Shown here piece by piece: positions 9,022 to 17,719 of a stretch of DNA of 37,448 nucleotides (position 1 is its first letter; every line of letters begins with the position of its first letter). The stretch covers positions 1 through 37,448 of the forward strand of contig CALWYA010000001.1 in NCBI GenBank assembly GCA_944385645.1, in the 5' to 3' direction. The stretch is from an uncultured Oscillospiraceae bacterium (lineage in GTDB: Bacteria; Bacillota; Clostridia; Oscillospirales; Oscillospiraceae). Under the pieces are notes generated by a model, which made no database searches, was not told the origin of the DNA, and saw nothing but the letters and a program-made list of their open reading frames with translations. The position numbers and the translations under genes are program-made.

Positions 9022-11021
9022 CCGTACACCCCCGCCGTCCGGGCCTGCACCAGGCGCTCATAGAGGGCCTGGGCCACCTTCTCGATGTCCGACTCCTCCC
9101 GGATCACCGCCCCGTTCATATTGATGACGATCCCGCCGCCGGCGCCGCCGCCCCGGTCATAGGACCGGGCCTGGGAGGCCGTCAGCACCCGCTCCCCCTC
9201 GTGGAGGATCGCAGGGTAATTGTCATAGGGCACCCGGTCCAGGCCGGTGGCGTAGCCGGGCACATCCAGCCCGGAATAGGCCATCATGATGGGGCTGTAG
9301 TTGGCGGAAGTGGGGTCTGTAAAGTCCCCGCTGTCCTCGCCCGCCCCTCCGCTCATGCCGGCCGCCCGGCCCTTGGAGAACTCCTGTCCCAGGGTGTATC
9401 CGGCATCCCAGTAGGCGTCGCTGAGGGCCGTGTCCTCCCGGACGCCCTCGATCAGGGCCAGCTCCTGGGCCAGCACTTCATCCTTGCCCTCGTTGGCGTT
9501 GTACTCATTCATGCCGTTGATCTTGGCCTGCATGATGATCCGGCCCATCTCGGCGGCGTCCCCCTCCGCCTGGGCGGTCTGGTAGTCCTCTGAGCTCATG
9601 GCCTCGTTCACCGCGTCCCGGATGTACTGCTCCTTGGCGTTCTCCAGCTCCGCCTTCCAGGCCCCGATGGCCTCATAGGCCTCGCCCAGCTGGTCGCTCT
9701 CCAGCCAGTCCATCTGGGCCTGCAGGCCAGCCTTCCTGGCCTCGTTGTAGCCCTCGCCCATCCGGGCGTTCAGGTTGGCCTCGGCGTCTCCCAGGTTGTC
9801 CACCATGGCGTCATAGGTGGTAGCCAGCTTCTCGCTCAGACCGCCGAATTCCGCCTGGATATAGTCCAGGATGGCCTGGGCAGCCTCCACGCCGCCGATG
9901 TCTCCGTCGGTCACCATCCCGGCGATCTGGCTCTTGTCCGCCCCGGTGCTCCGGGACAGGGCGTCGTATACATCAAGGCCCCGTTCGGAGAAGTAATTCA
10001 GGTACTCCTGGGTCACCTTATCGGTGGTGCGCATCCGGCTCAGGCCGGCGATAAACATAGACACACCGCTGCTGTCCAGGTTAAGGCCCGCCGTGGCGTC
10101 GCTGAGGGTCTGGAGGACCCCCAGGGTCTCGTCGGCGCTGTAGGAGTTCAGCAGGCTTTTGGAGTACCCGGTGATCTCGTCATAGGTGTAATTGGTGTTG
10201 ACCGCCATGGCCCGCACCTGGTCCAGATAGCTCTGGGCCGCCTCAGCAGAGCCGAACCGCTGGGCAAAGGCGATCTGGTCCTGCTCCCGCTGGCCGGCCG
10301 TGGCGGAGCCGGAGGACCGGATGGAATCCATCTCCTCCAGCTGCCCCTCCACCGCCTCCTGGACATAGCTTGTAAAGGCATCGTCCCGGGACTGTTCTGT
10401 CTGAAGCCAGCCGCTGGCGCCGCCGACCAGACCACCGACCGCGGCCCCCGCGGCGGTGCCAAGACCGGGCCCCAGGATCATGGTGCCGATGGCCGCGCCG
10501 CTGGCCGCCGACTGGAGCGCGGAGCCGGCAATGGTGCCGCCGGCGTCCCCAAGGAGCGACCCGGCATAGAAAGTTCCAGCAGATAGGGCGAGGCTGCCGA
10601 CCATGTCGCCGATCCCGCTGGTGGCGACGGCGCCGACCATGGCGTTCACGCCGGAGCGCACCCCTTCACCGGCATCCCGTCCGGCCGCCCCGGTCCTCGA
10701 CAGCTGCCGCTCCGCGTCCCGGGCTGTTCGGGTCAACAGATTAAGATTGCGCTGTGCCGTGTCATACTTGGACTGAGCCAGTTCCAGGTTCATCCTGGAG
10801 GCCTCGTCTCCGGTCTCGTTGAACTGCTTCTGAGCCTCGCTCAATTCCTTCCGCAGATCTTTCAGAGACGCGGCCAGGGGGCCTTTCTGCCGGCTCAGGG
10901 CCTCCAGGGTCTGGTTCATCTCATCCGCGTCTTTGCTGAAGCTCTTTGTCACGGAAGACATTTTACGGACCGCCTCTGAATATCGGTCCTCGGCTCGGAT
11001 CACAAGGGAAGCGTCCGGCAT
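9018..11021 (-). CDS. Tail tape measure protein
   Basis: 667 aa from ATG 11021 (MPDASL, AAGGAGGTG RBS); Ala/Gly-rich helical sequence; C-terminal ATGLDRVPYDNYPAILHEGERVLTA. Confidence 0.9.
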   Translation of the reverse strand: MPDASLVIRAEDRYSEAVRKMSSVTKSFSKDADEMNQTLEALSRQKGPLAASLKDLRKELSEAQKQFNETGDEASRMNLELAQSKYDTAQRNLNLLTRTARDAERQLSRTGAAGRDAGEGVRSGVNAMVGAVATSGIGDMVGSLALSAGTFYAGSLLGDAGGTIAGSALQSAASGAAIGTMILGPGLGTAAGAAVGGLVGGASGWLQTEQSRDDAFTSYVQEAVEGQLEEMDSIRSSGSATAGQREQDQIAFAQRFGSAEAAQSYLDQVRAMAVNTNYTYDEITGYSKSLLNSYSADETLGVLQTLSDATAGLNLDSSGVSMFIAGLSRMRTTDKVTQEYLNYFSERGLDVYDALSRSTGADKSQIAGMVTDGDIGGVEAAQAILDYIQAEFGGLSEKLATTYDAMVDNLGDAEANLNARMGEGYNEARKAGLQAQMDWLESDQLGEAYEAIGAWKAELENAKEQYIRDAVNEAMSSEDYQTAQAEGDAAEMGRIIMQAKINGMNEYNANEGKDEVLAQELALIEGVREDTALSDAYWDAGYTLGQEFSKGRAAGMSGGAGEDSGDFTDPTSANYSPIMMAYSGLDVPGYATGLDRVPYDNYPAILHEGERVLTASQARSYDRGGGAGGGIVINMNGAVIREESDIEKVAQALYERLVQARTAGVYG

Positions 11022-11036
11022 TTCTCCACCTCCTTG

Positions 11037-11065
11037 TTGACAGGGAAACCGGAAATTGATAAAAT
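11037..11065 (+). promoter_or_regulatory. Sigma-A type promoter of the antisense moron
   Basis: TTGACA(11037)-17 bp-TAAAAT(11060) with extended TG. Confidence 0.7.
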
Positions 11066-11090
11066 GAGCACAGAAAGGTCGGTGAGTTCC

Positions 11091-11270
11091 ATGCTGGCTT
11101 TCGTTGGAGTTGTTTCCTTTATACTGGCAATCGTCTTTCTCGTCCGCTGGGGACGCCGCTGGGCCTTCCAATACCTGGACGGGATCAGCGTCAAAGCGGA
11201 CTCTGACTTTTGCGGCGGGATGCTCTGCGCCGCCGTCTGCATGTTCTGTTTGATCTGCTCTGTTCTGTAA
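11091..11270 (+). CDS. Small two-TM, Cys-rich membrane protein (moron)
   Basis: 59 aa MLAFVGVVSFILAIVFLV...MLCAAVCMFCLICSVL; own promoter and terminator; opposite strand to the tail operon. Confidence 0.65.
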   Translation: MLAFVGVVSFILAIVFLVRWGRRWAFQYLDGISVKADSDFCGGMLCAAVCMFCLICSVL

Positions 11271-11272
11271 TT

Positions 11273-11307
11273 GCCGCCGCCCCCTTCCCGGGGGCGGCCT
11301 TTTATTT
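11273..11307 (+). terminator. Intrinsic terminator of the moron
   Basis: GCCGCCCCC-ttccc-GGGGGCGGC stem followed by CTTTTATTT. Confidence 0.7.
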
Positions 11308-11487
11308 CCTTCTCCAGAGGCGGGCGCGCTCCGCCGCCTCCTCGCTCTCCTGGAGGGCCAGCGCCCAGACCAGGTCCCGGCCGCCGCGGCTCATGGCCCA
11401 ATACTGCTCCGGTGTCCAGTGGTGGACCTGGAACAGATAGGAGACCAGGGCCAGCTCCGGGTCGCTGCCCTCCCTCAGCCGTTTTTT
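11302..11487 (-). CDS. -1 frameshift extension of the tail assembly chaperone (lambda gpGT-like)
   Basis: Slippery A-AAA-AAC at 11487-11481; -1 frame open as RLREGSDPELALVSYLFQVHHWTPEQYWAM...WRRK* with no start of its own. Confidence 0.75.
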   Translation of the reverse strand, partial: KKRLREGSDPELALVSYLFQVHHWTPEQYWAMSRGGRDLVWALALQESEEAAERARLWRRK

Positions 11488-11879
11488 ACCTCTTCAATGG
11501 TCCGCCGGCGATAGCCGCACAGCTTCTCCACCTCCCGGCTGAGGTCCGCGATCTCCCCGGGCAGCAGCAGGCATTTCACTGCCTCCGCCGGGGTGGCCGC
11601 CCCGAACTTCTCCATCAGGGCCGGGTCCCGCAGGTTGGGGTCGGCACAGCCGGCCAGCAGGATGTGGATCTCCACATCCTTGTCCAGCTCCTGCAGCTCC
11701 TGGACCCGGCCGTAGGGCAGGGCCCGGAGGGTGAAAACCGCCGGCTCCTCCTCGCTCCCCAGCCGGGGGAGGCGGAATTTCTTCTCCGGCAGGGACCTCT
11801 GCACATTGGGCGTCTCCGGGCGGAGCAGGCGTTCCAGCAGGCTCGGCGTCCGCCTCTCCGGTTTCTCCAGCTTTTCCAC
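11475..11879 (-). CDS. Tail assembly chaperone (XkdN-like)
   Basis: GTG 11879 with AAGGAGG RBS; DPNLRDPALMEKFGAATP..LLLPGEI motif. Confidence 0.85.
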   Translation of the reverse strand: MEKLEKPERRTPSLLERLLRPETPNVQRSLPEKKFRLPRLGSEEEPAVFTLRALPYGRVQELQELDKDVEIHILLAGCADPNLRDPALMEKFGAATPAEAVKCLLLPGEIADLSREVEKLCGYRRRTIEEVKNG

Positions 11880-11955
11880 GGTGTTTCCTCCTTCCGGCGG
11901 CAAAAAAGCCGCCCTGTCTCCCTTGACAAAGCGGCCTGGTCTGATATAATGATGA

Positions 11956-12050
11956 CAGAGGGACGACTGCGACAAGCGGTCAGCCCAACGGGTTCACAAG
12001 TTTACCAAAATGGAAACCGTCACCTGCCGGGGTGGCGGTTTCTGCCTTTT
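11956..12050 (+). ncRNA. Putative antisense antitoxin sRNA
   Basis: TTGACA(11923)-16 bp-TATAAT(11945) promoter; terminator stem 12013-12042 then TGCCTTTT; overlaps the 3' end of the 27-aa ORF. Confidence 0.6.
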
Positions 12051-12103
12051 ATCCGTATCGTCACTGTATATCCGAGGATATGTAGTGTGATCGTGATAGG
12101 CAT
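12020..12103 (-). CDS. 27-aa peptide MPITITLHILGYTVTIRIKGRNRHPGR, putative type I toxin
   Basis: AAAGGGGGTGAGG RBS; own promoter TTGACA(12213)-17 bp-TAGAAT(12190); hydrophobic N-terminus and basic C-terminus. Confidence 0.65.
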   Translation of the reverse strand: MPITITLHILGYTVTIRIKGRNRHPGR

Positions 12104-12263
12104 ATGCCTCACCCCCTTTCGGGGAGTGTGGCTGACCGCCTGCCTCTTGTGCAGCGTCCCTCCGGCCCCTTCCGGGGCAAGGTCATTCTATCAGAGGGGA
12201 CGCTTTCTGTCAATGAGGCCCAATGGGATGGGCCTCTTCCCGCCGCCCGGCTGGGCGGCTTTT

Positions 12264-12695
12264 TTATGCCGTCTCCTGGAACTTGTGGCTGGTGAAGGTG
12301 AAGGGCACCTCGTCCTTCTGGATGGTCTTGCGCTCCCAGTTGACCAGGGGCACCTCATCCAGAGAGACATTGTACAGGGCCACTCGCTCGGCGCCATAGG
12401 CGTCCGGGTCGTCCAGCTTGGAGATGAAGGTGCCCCGCACATCCTCCCCGGCCAGCACCGCGTCGGCGTAGGCCTGGAACCGGCTGTATACCTTGTACAC
12501 CCGGAAGGAGCCGGTCCCCCGGCTGCCCATGACCTTGGTGTCCTCCACCATCTGCCGGGCAAGGCTCACGGGCTCCTTGGTCTGGGTGTACTTGGCGGTG
12601 AACTTGTCGCACTCGGCGATCAGCTCCCCATCCCACCACAGCTCCCCGAAGGTGCCGGACATCACTCGCTTGGCGCTGTCGATCGTTCCACTCAT
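12264..12695 (-). CDS. Tail tube protein (XkdM-like)
   Basis: SGTFGELWWDGE, SKLDDPDAYGAERV and PFTF motifs; follows sheath. Confidence 0.92.
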   Translation of the reverse strand: MSGTIDSAKRVMSGTFGELWWDGELIAECDKFTAKYTQTKEPVSLARQMVEDTKVMGSRGTGSFRVYKVYSRFQAYADAVLAGEDVRGTFISKLDDPDAYGAERVALYNVSLDEVPLVNWERKTIQKDEVPFTFTSHKFQETA

Positions 12696-13795
12696 GCCTC
12701 AGTCCCTCCTGTTACCGTGTTGGAGCCCATGTAGAACTCCAGGTCAAAGTCCTCCATACCGTCCAGGATGGTCCCGCCCAGTTTGATCCAGATGTAGGAG
12801 CCGGTGTCCGCCTGCAGGATCTCCTGATCGGACATCTGGGTGACATCCACCCCCTGCTCCTTCAGCCAGGAGCGCTGCTTCTCCAGGTTCAGCTCGGCGT
12901 AGCCGCTGCCGGCCTGGATCACGCCCTCGTTCTCCAGCTGGAGCAGGAAGTCCTGGAAGGCGGTCAGGATGACCAGCTTGTTGTCGTAGCTGTTGCCCTG
13001 GCCCGTATACTGGTCCTCCAGCAGAAGCTTGGCCTCCCGGCGGATCAGGTCCACCGCCGCTACGATCTTGATCTTCTTCAGACTCTCGCTCTGGTCCGTG
13101 GGGACGGTCACCAGGCTGTTCACCGCCCTTCCCAGCTTGGCCTTTCGGCCATCGTACACCAGAATCAGTTTGCCCGCAGCCACCGCCCCGTCCGGGTCAG
13201 CCACCTCGGTCACGCCGGTGACCTCCTCCAGCACCGCCGAGGTGGCTGAGTTGGTCAGCGGGGTCCCCGCCAGCAGGCCGGCGATCCGGCTGCAGTACTG
13301 GGCGCCGGTATAGGAGGTCCCTCCCGCCTGGATGCCGGAGGCGGAAAAGTTGATCACCGCCATGTTGTCCGCCGCGTGGTCGGGCAGAACCAGCTTGCCC
13401 ACGGAGTACTTGGCCCGGATGCCGTCCAGCCATTCCACCAGGGCCTCCATCTCCTCCGTATCCACATCGTCGGGGGCGGCCAGATAGTCAAAATCGCTGC
13501 TGGCCAGGGCGGCCGCCCCCGTGGTCACCAGGTCGTCGCTGGTGCCGATCACGCTCAGCAGCACCCGCTGGGGCCGGTTGATGCCCCCGATCAGGGCCCG
13601 CTCCACCTGCGCCGCCGTGGCCACGGCCAGTTTGCTGGGGATGTCCGCCTTCTCGCCCACCACATACAGCCCGGAGGTCTCGGAGGCGTCCCGGACGATC
13701 ATGGCCACCACTCCGTCCTTCAGGCGGGCGGCCACCGTCTGGGCCGCCTTCTTGACCGTGACGGTCAGGGTGGGCATGCCCAATGTCGTTGCCAT
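12692..13795 (-). CDS. Contractile tail sheath protein (XkdK-like)
   Basis: YCSRIAGLLAG, KLGRAVNSL, KKIKIV..DLI and NSYDNK motifs. Confidence 0.92.
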   Translation of the reverse strand: MATTLGMPTLTVTVKKAAQTVAARLKDGVVAMIVRDASETSGLYVVGEKADIPSKLAVATAAQVERALIGGINRPQRVLLSVIGTSDDLVTTGAAALASSDFDYLAAPDDVDTEEMEALVEWLDGIRAKYSVGKLVLPDHAADNMAVINFSASGIQAGGTSYTGAQYCSRIAGLLAGTPLTNSATSAVLEEVTGVTEVADPDGAVAAGKLILVYDGRKAKLGRAVNSLVTVPTDQSESLKKIKIVAAVDLIRREAKLLLEDQYTGQGNSYDNKLVILTAFQDFLLQLENEGVIQAGSGYAELNLEKQRSWLKEQGVDVTQMSDQEILQADTGSYIWIKLGGTILDGMEDFDLEFYMGSNTVTGGTEA

Positions 13796-13811
13796 ATTCC
13801 TCTCCTCCTAA

Positions 13812-14276
13812 TCACTCGATTTTTGAGTGGTTGACCTCCACTGTGAGGTCGATGTGCTCCGCCGGCGCATAGTCCGGCTCGTTCAGCTCCCGGTCGTCCT
13901 GCCAGGACAGGGGGATCGTCAGCTCGGCAAAGTCCCAGCTTACAGTCCCGGAAACCGTCCCCACATCCAGATACCGGTCCCCCGCTTGGATGGCGCCGAC
14001 GGAAAACAGCTCCATGGCGCTGGACAGCCGACCGGCCAGAGCCTCCGCCTGGCTTTCGTGGTAGTCGTCCACCGCCTCGAAGATGCTCACCGTCACCTGA
14101 GCGGTGCGGTCCACTGTCCGGGCGGTGGCGCCCTCCATGGTCTGTTTGCCGGCGGTCACCAGATAGGACGGCCGGTCAAAGTTCTTCCGTGCCGGATCCC
14201 GGTAGGCTTTCAGGGTGGGGAACCGTTCCTTCATCAGTTCCTCCACGCTGTCCAGGATCTCGCTCAGTTTCAGCAT
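13812..14276 (-). CDS. Tail terminator / tail completion protein
   Basis: FDRPSY motif; position between the neck genes and the sheath. Confidence 0.65.
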   Translation of the reverse strand: MLKLSEILDSVEELMKERFPTLKAYRDPARKNFDRPSYLVTAGKQTMEGATARTVDRTAQVTVSIFEAVDDYHESQAEALAGRLSSAMELFSVGAIQAGDRYLDVGTVSGTVSWDFAELTIPLSWQDDRELNEPDYAPAEHIDLTVEVNHSKIE

Positions 14277-14277
14277 G

Positions 14278-14709
14278 TCAATCCTCCAGAATGTGTTCCA
14301 TTTCCCCCTCGATCTGCGCGGCCGCCGAGCGGGCGGCCCGTTCCATATCAGGGGCGCTGCGGGCGTACATGTACCGGCCCGGGACCCGGTCCCGGGTCAG
14401 CTTCCGCTGGATGGCGGGGACATACCGCCCGGGCTGCTGCCGGTGGCCGGATTCCAGGGCGTTGGTCACGCGGCCCACGGCATATCCGTTTTCGTCGTAG
14501 GTGCTCTCCCGGGCGTGGACGGCGGCGTACCCGCCCCCGGAGCCCAGATGGAGGTGCTGCCAGCTCTGGACCCGTCCGCTGCCGCCGATGCGGTCCCGGA
14601 CGGCCTGGAGCATCTGCTGCCCCGCGTCCTCCAGCGCCTGGCGGCGGATGTCCCGCAGCTTGGGGAGCAGTCCGTCCAGCTTCTGGGCGAACAGATCCAG
14701 CTCCTGCAT
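14278..14709 (-). CDS. HK97 gp10-like neck/tail component
   Basis: LESGHRQQPGRYVPAI..VPGRYM motif; synteny. Confidence 0.75.
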   Translation of the reverse strand: MQELDLFAQKLDGLLPKLRDIRRQALEDAGQQMLQAVRDRIGGSGRVQSWQHLHLGSGGGYAAVHARESTYDENGYAVGRVTNALESGHRQQPGRYVPAIQRKLTRDRVPGRYMYARSAPDMERAARSAAAQIEGEMEHILED

Positions 14710-15272
14710 TACAGGTCCTCCCTCCGCATGATCTCATACTCGTTTTTCCAGGGGTCCAGCACATGGGCCAGCTGCACCTCATAGTTGGTCCCGTCCACCC
14801 CAACCAGGCCGCCCCGCTGGAGCTGGATGGCCTTGGGAGTCACCAACACATAGGTGATGGCGTTGGTAGAGTAGGGCACCGGCTGCTCCCACTTCAGGTA
14901 CTTCTCGGCGAGGATCCCCGGGAACTTGGCGCCGCCCCCCTCGTCCATGTCCGCCTGACACTCCGACAGTTCCACCAGCGCCGCCTGTACCCGCAGGTGC
15001 AGCCGCCCCTCCGGGAGGATAGAGGTAAGGAACAGGTGCTGCTTCCCCCACAGCAGAGCGTTATGGAGGGTCAGGGGCTGGCGGCGGAGAATGATTTCCG
15101 CCCCCCTGGCCCCGATGCCCACCGAAGAGAACAGGCTGCTCTTTGTGGACAGCTCCACCTGTCCCCGGGCGTTTCTCACATTCTGCCACGCCCAGGTCCC
15201 CGCCGGGCTCTCCTTCAGCTCCAGCACCTGGAGGGTGTCCCGGAGCTTCCCCGCGTCGATACTGGGCTTCAC
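14709..15272 (-). CDS. Head-tail adaptor / head closure protein
   Basis: IDAGKLR N-terminal motif; synteny. Confidence 0.7.
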   Translation of the reverse strand: MKPSIDAGKLRDTLQVLELKESPAGTWAWQNVRNARGQVELSTKSSLFSSVGIGARGAEIILRRQPLTLHNALLWGKQHLFLTSILPEGRLHLRVQAALVELSECQADMDEGGGAKFPGILAEKYLKWEQPVPYSTNAITYVLVTPKAIQLQRGGLVGVDGTNYEVQLAHVLDPWKNEYEIMRREDL

Positions 15273-15595
15273 GGCGTCTCCTCCTCGCTCAGGGGCGGCT
15301 CCGTCTGTTTCAGCTGGTTCAGCTTCCGCCGGAAGACCGCGTTATCCTGGAGCTTCCCGGCATCGAATTGGGCCCCCCGCTGATCGTACTCGTCCAGCAC
15401 CATGGGCAGCATCACCCCCAGCCAAAGGGAGAGCCGCTTTGCGTTCTCCGGGGCGGGCCGGGTCACCCCGGCCCCCTCCAGATAGGCTTCGGCGCTGTCC
15501 CATGCCTGGTTCAGCTCCAACAGGTCGGCCTCGTCCGGCTCCGGCTCCTGGCAGTAGGCCAGCACCAGGGGCTTATACTCCTCCGGGATGGCCAT
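15269..15595 (-). CDS. Head-tail connector (gp6-like)
   Basis: AEAYLEGAGV..YDQRG..LNQLK motif; directly after capsid. Confidence 0.8.
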   Translation of the reverse strand: MAIPEEYKPLVLAYCQEPEPDEADLLELNQAWDSAEAYLEGAGVTRPAPENAKRLSLWLGVMLPMVLDEYDQRGAQFDAGKLQDNAVFRRKLNQLKQTEPPLSEEETP

Positions 15596-15596
15596 A

Positions 15597-16856
15597 TCAG
15601 GCCGTGGGGGTCTTGGGCAGGGTGGCCACCACGAAGCCCTTGTCCACGATCAGGTTGCCGCCCACCATGGCGTCGCCCAGGATGGTGTACATCCGCTCCA
15701 CCGCCTTCACACTCTCGTCCACTCGTACCGTGTAGTCCCCGAACAGGCCCAGCTCATAGTTCATGGGGTCGCCGTACACCATGGTCTGGACGGCCGCGCT
15801 GGTGGCGTCGGCCCCGGTGAGGGCGGTCAGGTCGCTGGCGATGGAGTAGGGCACGATGGTGCCGCCCTCCCGGATGGTGCCGGTGTTGGGGTTGCCGACG
15901 TCGGGCACGATGTCAAACAGCCGCCGCTTCTCGTTGGTGCCCCGGAGCTTGCCCAGGGCCAGCAGGTCCGCCTTGTTCAGGTACAGCCGGCAGCTGCCTC
16001 CCAGCATTTCGTCCCCGCCGTAGGCAAACATCAGATTGGTGAGCAGGTCGGCATCCACCGCACTCACCTCTTTGGTGGCATAGATGGCGTTTCCGGCCAC
16101 GTTCTTGGCGGTCTTGATGCCGAACATCTCATTGGTGGCCTGGCCGTCCCCGTTGAAGATCATTTTTACTGTACTCCGGCGCAGGGCCCGGATGGCCATG
16201 GCGAACACCTTGGCGTAGTAGTTGGCGGGGGTGAGCCGGCCAATGTTCCGGTCCACATAGCTGGTGGTGGTCAGCTCATAAGGGGCGATCTTGGCCACAC
16301 CGAAGGTGGGGTCGCTGGAGGCCGTCCGGGCCGTACCGGCGGCGGTGGCCACTTTGGCGCCTTTGGCGTCAAGTTCAGAGATCACATAGGGTTCCAGGAA
16401 CGCGCTCATGCCGGTGAGATCCTGGACATACACCTGGTCGATGATGGCCCCCACCCCGTTGCCCAGGGGGTCCCGGATGTTGGTACCCGCCCCGGTGGGC
16501 TGGGCCAGAGTGCCGGTAGCCAGAGTCACAGACTTCTCCACCGCGCTCTGGGGCAGGAACAGGGCCTTGGATACCTCCAGGGCGGAGAACTTCACCTCCT
16601 GGCCCTTCATCAGCAGGTTGCCACGCTCAGCGGCCTTGTCCCGCTCCTCGGCGCCGTCCGGGGCCTTTTCCATGAACTTCCGGTCCTGCTCCTGGATCAG
16701 GCCCTTGATTTCCTCGATCTCCCCGTTCATGGACTTCACCTTGTCCATCTCGGCCCGGTACTCCTCCCGCTTGCCGTCCTGGAGCAGGCCCTCGGCCTTC
16801 TCCAGCAGCTCGGTGCGCTCCTGGAGCTTCTCGGTCAGTTTGCGTCTCATGCTCAT
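15597..16856 (-). CDS. Major capsid protein, HK97 fold
   Basis: 419 aa; N-terminal coiled-coil delta domain; IFNGDG and YGD motifs; follows the protease. Confidence 0.92.
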   Translation of the reverse strand: MSMRRKLTEKLQERTELLEKAEGLLQDGKREEYRAEMDKVKSMNGEIEEIKGLIQEQDRKFMEKAPDGAEERDKAAERGNLLMKGQEVKFSALEVSKALFLPQSAVEKSVTLATGTLAQPTGAGTNIRDPLGNGVGAIIDQVYVQDLTGMSAFLEPYVISELDAKGAKVATAAGTARTASSDPTFGVAKIAPYELTTTSYVDRNIGRLTPANYYAKVFAMAIRALRRSTVKMIFNGDGQATNEMFGIKTAKNVAGNAIYATKEVSAVDADLLTNLMFAYGGDEMLGGSCRLYLNKADLLALGKLRGTNEKRRLFDIVPDVGNPNTGTIREGGTIVPYSIASDLTALTGADATSAAVQTMVYGDPMNYELGLFGDYTVRVDESVKAVERMYTILGDAMVGGNLIVDKGFVVATLPKTPTA

Positions 16857-16871
16857 TGTTCTGTCCTCCTG

Positions 16872-17573
16872 TCAAAATCTCGATTTTTCCAGCTCCAGCA
16901 GGGCCTCGTCCCGCCAGGCCTCATTTTTTCCGGGCTCCTCACCCGGGGGATCACTGTTCGGGGGCGGCTCCTGGCCGCCGTATCGCTTGCTCTTGATGGT
17001 CCCGGCCTCCCGCTGGGCAGGCACTGCCACCATGGAGACCTCATAGGTGTCCTCCACCCCGTCCAGGTCCATGTGGCACATCTGACCGTCATACTCTCGG
17101 CCAGGGAAGTGCTGACACAGGGTCTCTCGCTGGTTGGCGCCGCAGATGGAGCACACCACCCGCCGCACCGACAGCCCCACAGAGCACTCCCGCAGGATAC
17201 CGCCCTCGATGGCGGCGATGGTGGAGGCAGCCTGGTCCGAGCGGACCATATAGCACCGGAGCACCAGACGGCGGACTCCCTCACCCTCTCCGGGCTCCAC
17301 ACTGCCGGCATACACCCGGGCGGTCTGGGCATCGGCGCTCCACTTGTGGTCCCGGAGCACCGGGCGCCCCACAAACTGCTCCGCCAGCTCCTCCAGGGTG
17401 GCCTCGGTGAACCGCTCGAAGTCCCGGTCGATCTGATTGTCGCAGGCTGCCAGGCGGAAAGTGAACACCTCTTCAGCTGACAGCGGCCGCAGGGTCTGCG
17501 CGTTGATGAGGGCCAGCTCGCCCTCGTCCAGCTCCGCCTTTTCCAGACGGGCAGATTTCAAAATCTGATCCAT
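16872..17573 (-). CDS. Prohead maturation protease
   Basis: DRDFERF, PVLRDH, ECSVG and YEVSMVAVPAQ motifs; between portal and capsid. Confidence 0.8.
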   Translation of the reverse strand: MDQILKSARLEKAELDEGELALINAQTLRPLSAEEVFTFRLAACDNQIDRDFERFTEATLEELAEQFVGRPVLRDHKWSADAQTARVYAGSVEPGEGEGVRRLVLRCYMVRSDQAASTIAAIEGGILRECSVGLSVRRVVCSICGANQRETLCQHFPGREYDGQMCHMDLDGVEDTYEVSMVAVPAQREAGTIKSKRYGGQEPPPNSDPPGEEPGKNEAWRDEALLELEKSRF

Positions 17574-17719
17574 TTGCTTCTCTCCTTGTCACGCTCCGCC
17601 TGTTCGCAACGCCCGGCTTCCCTCCGACTCCGGGCACAAACGTCCAGTTTGTGAACTGGCCTGGTTTGTACCCGTCGCTCCAGTCCATCCGGGCTGCTCA
17701 CGACGGCTCCGCGTTTCCC

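Noticed and set aside
17574-17719. Small ORF between portal and protease
   Set aside because: Several short frames are possible; none has a clear RBS or recognisable motif
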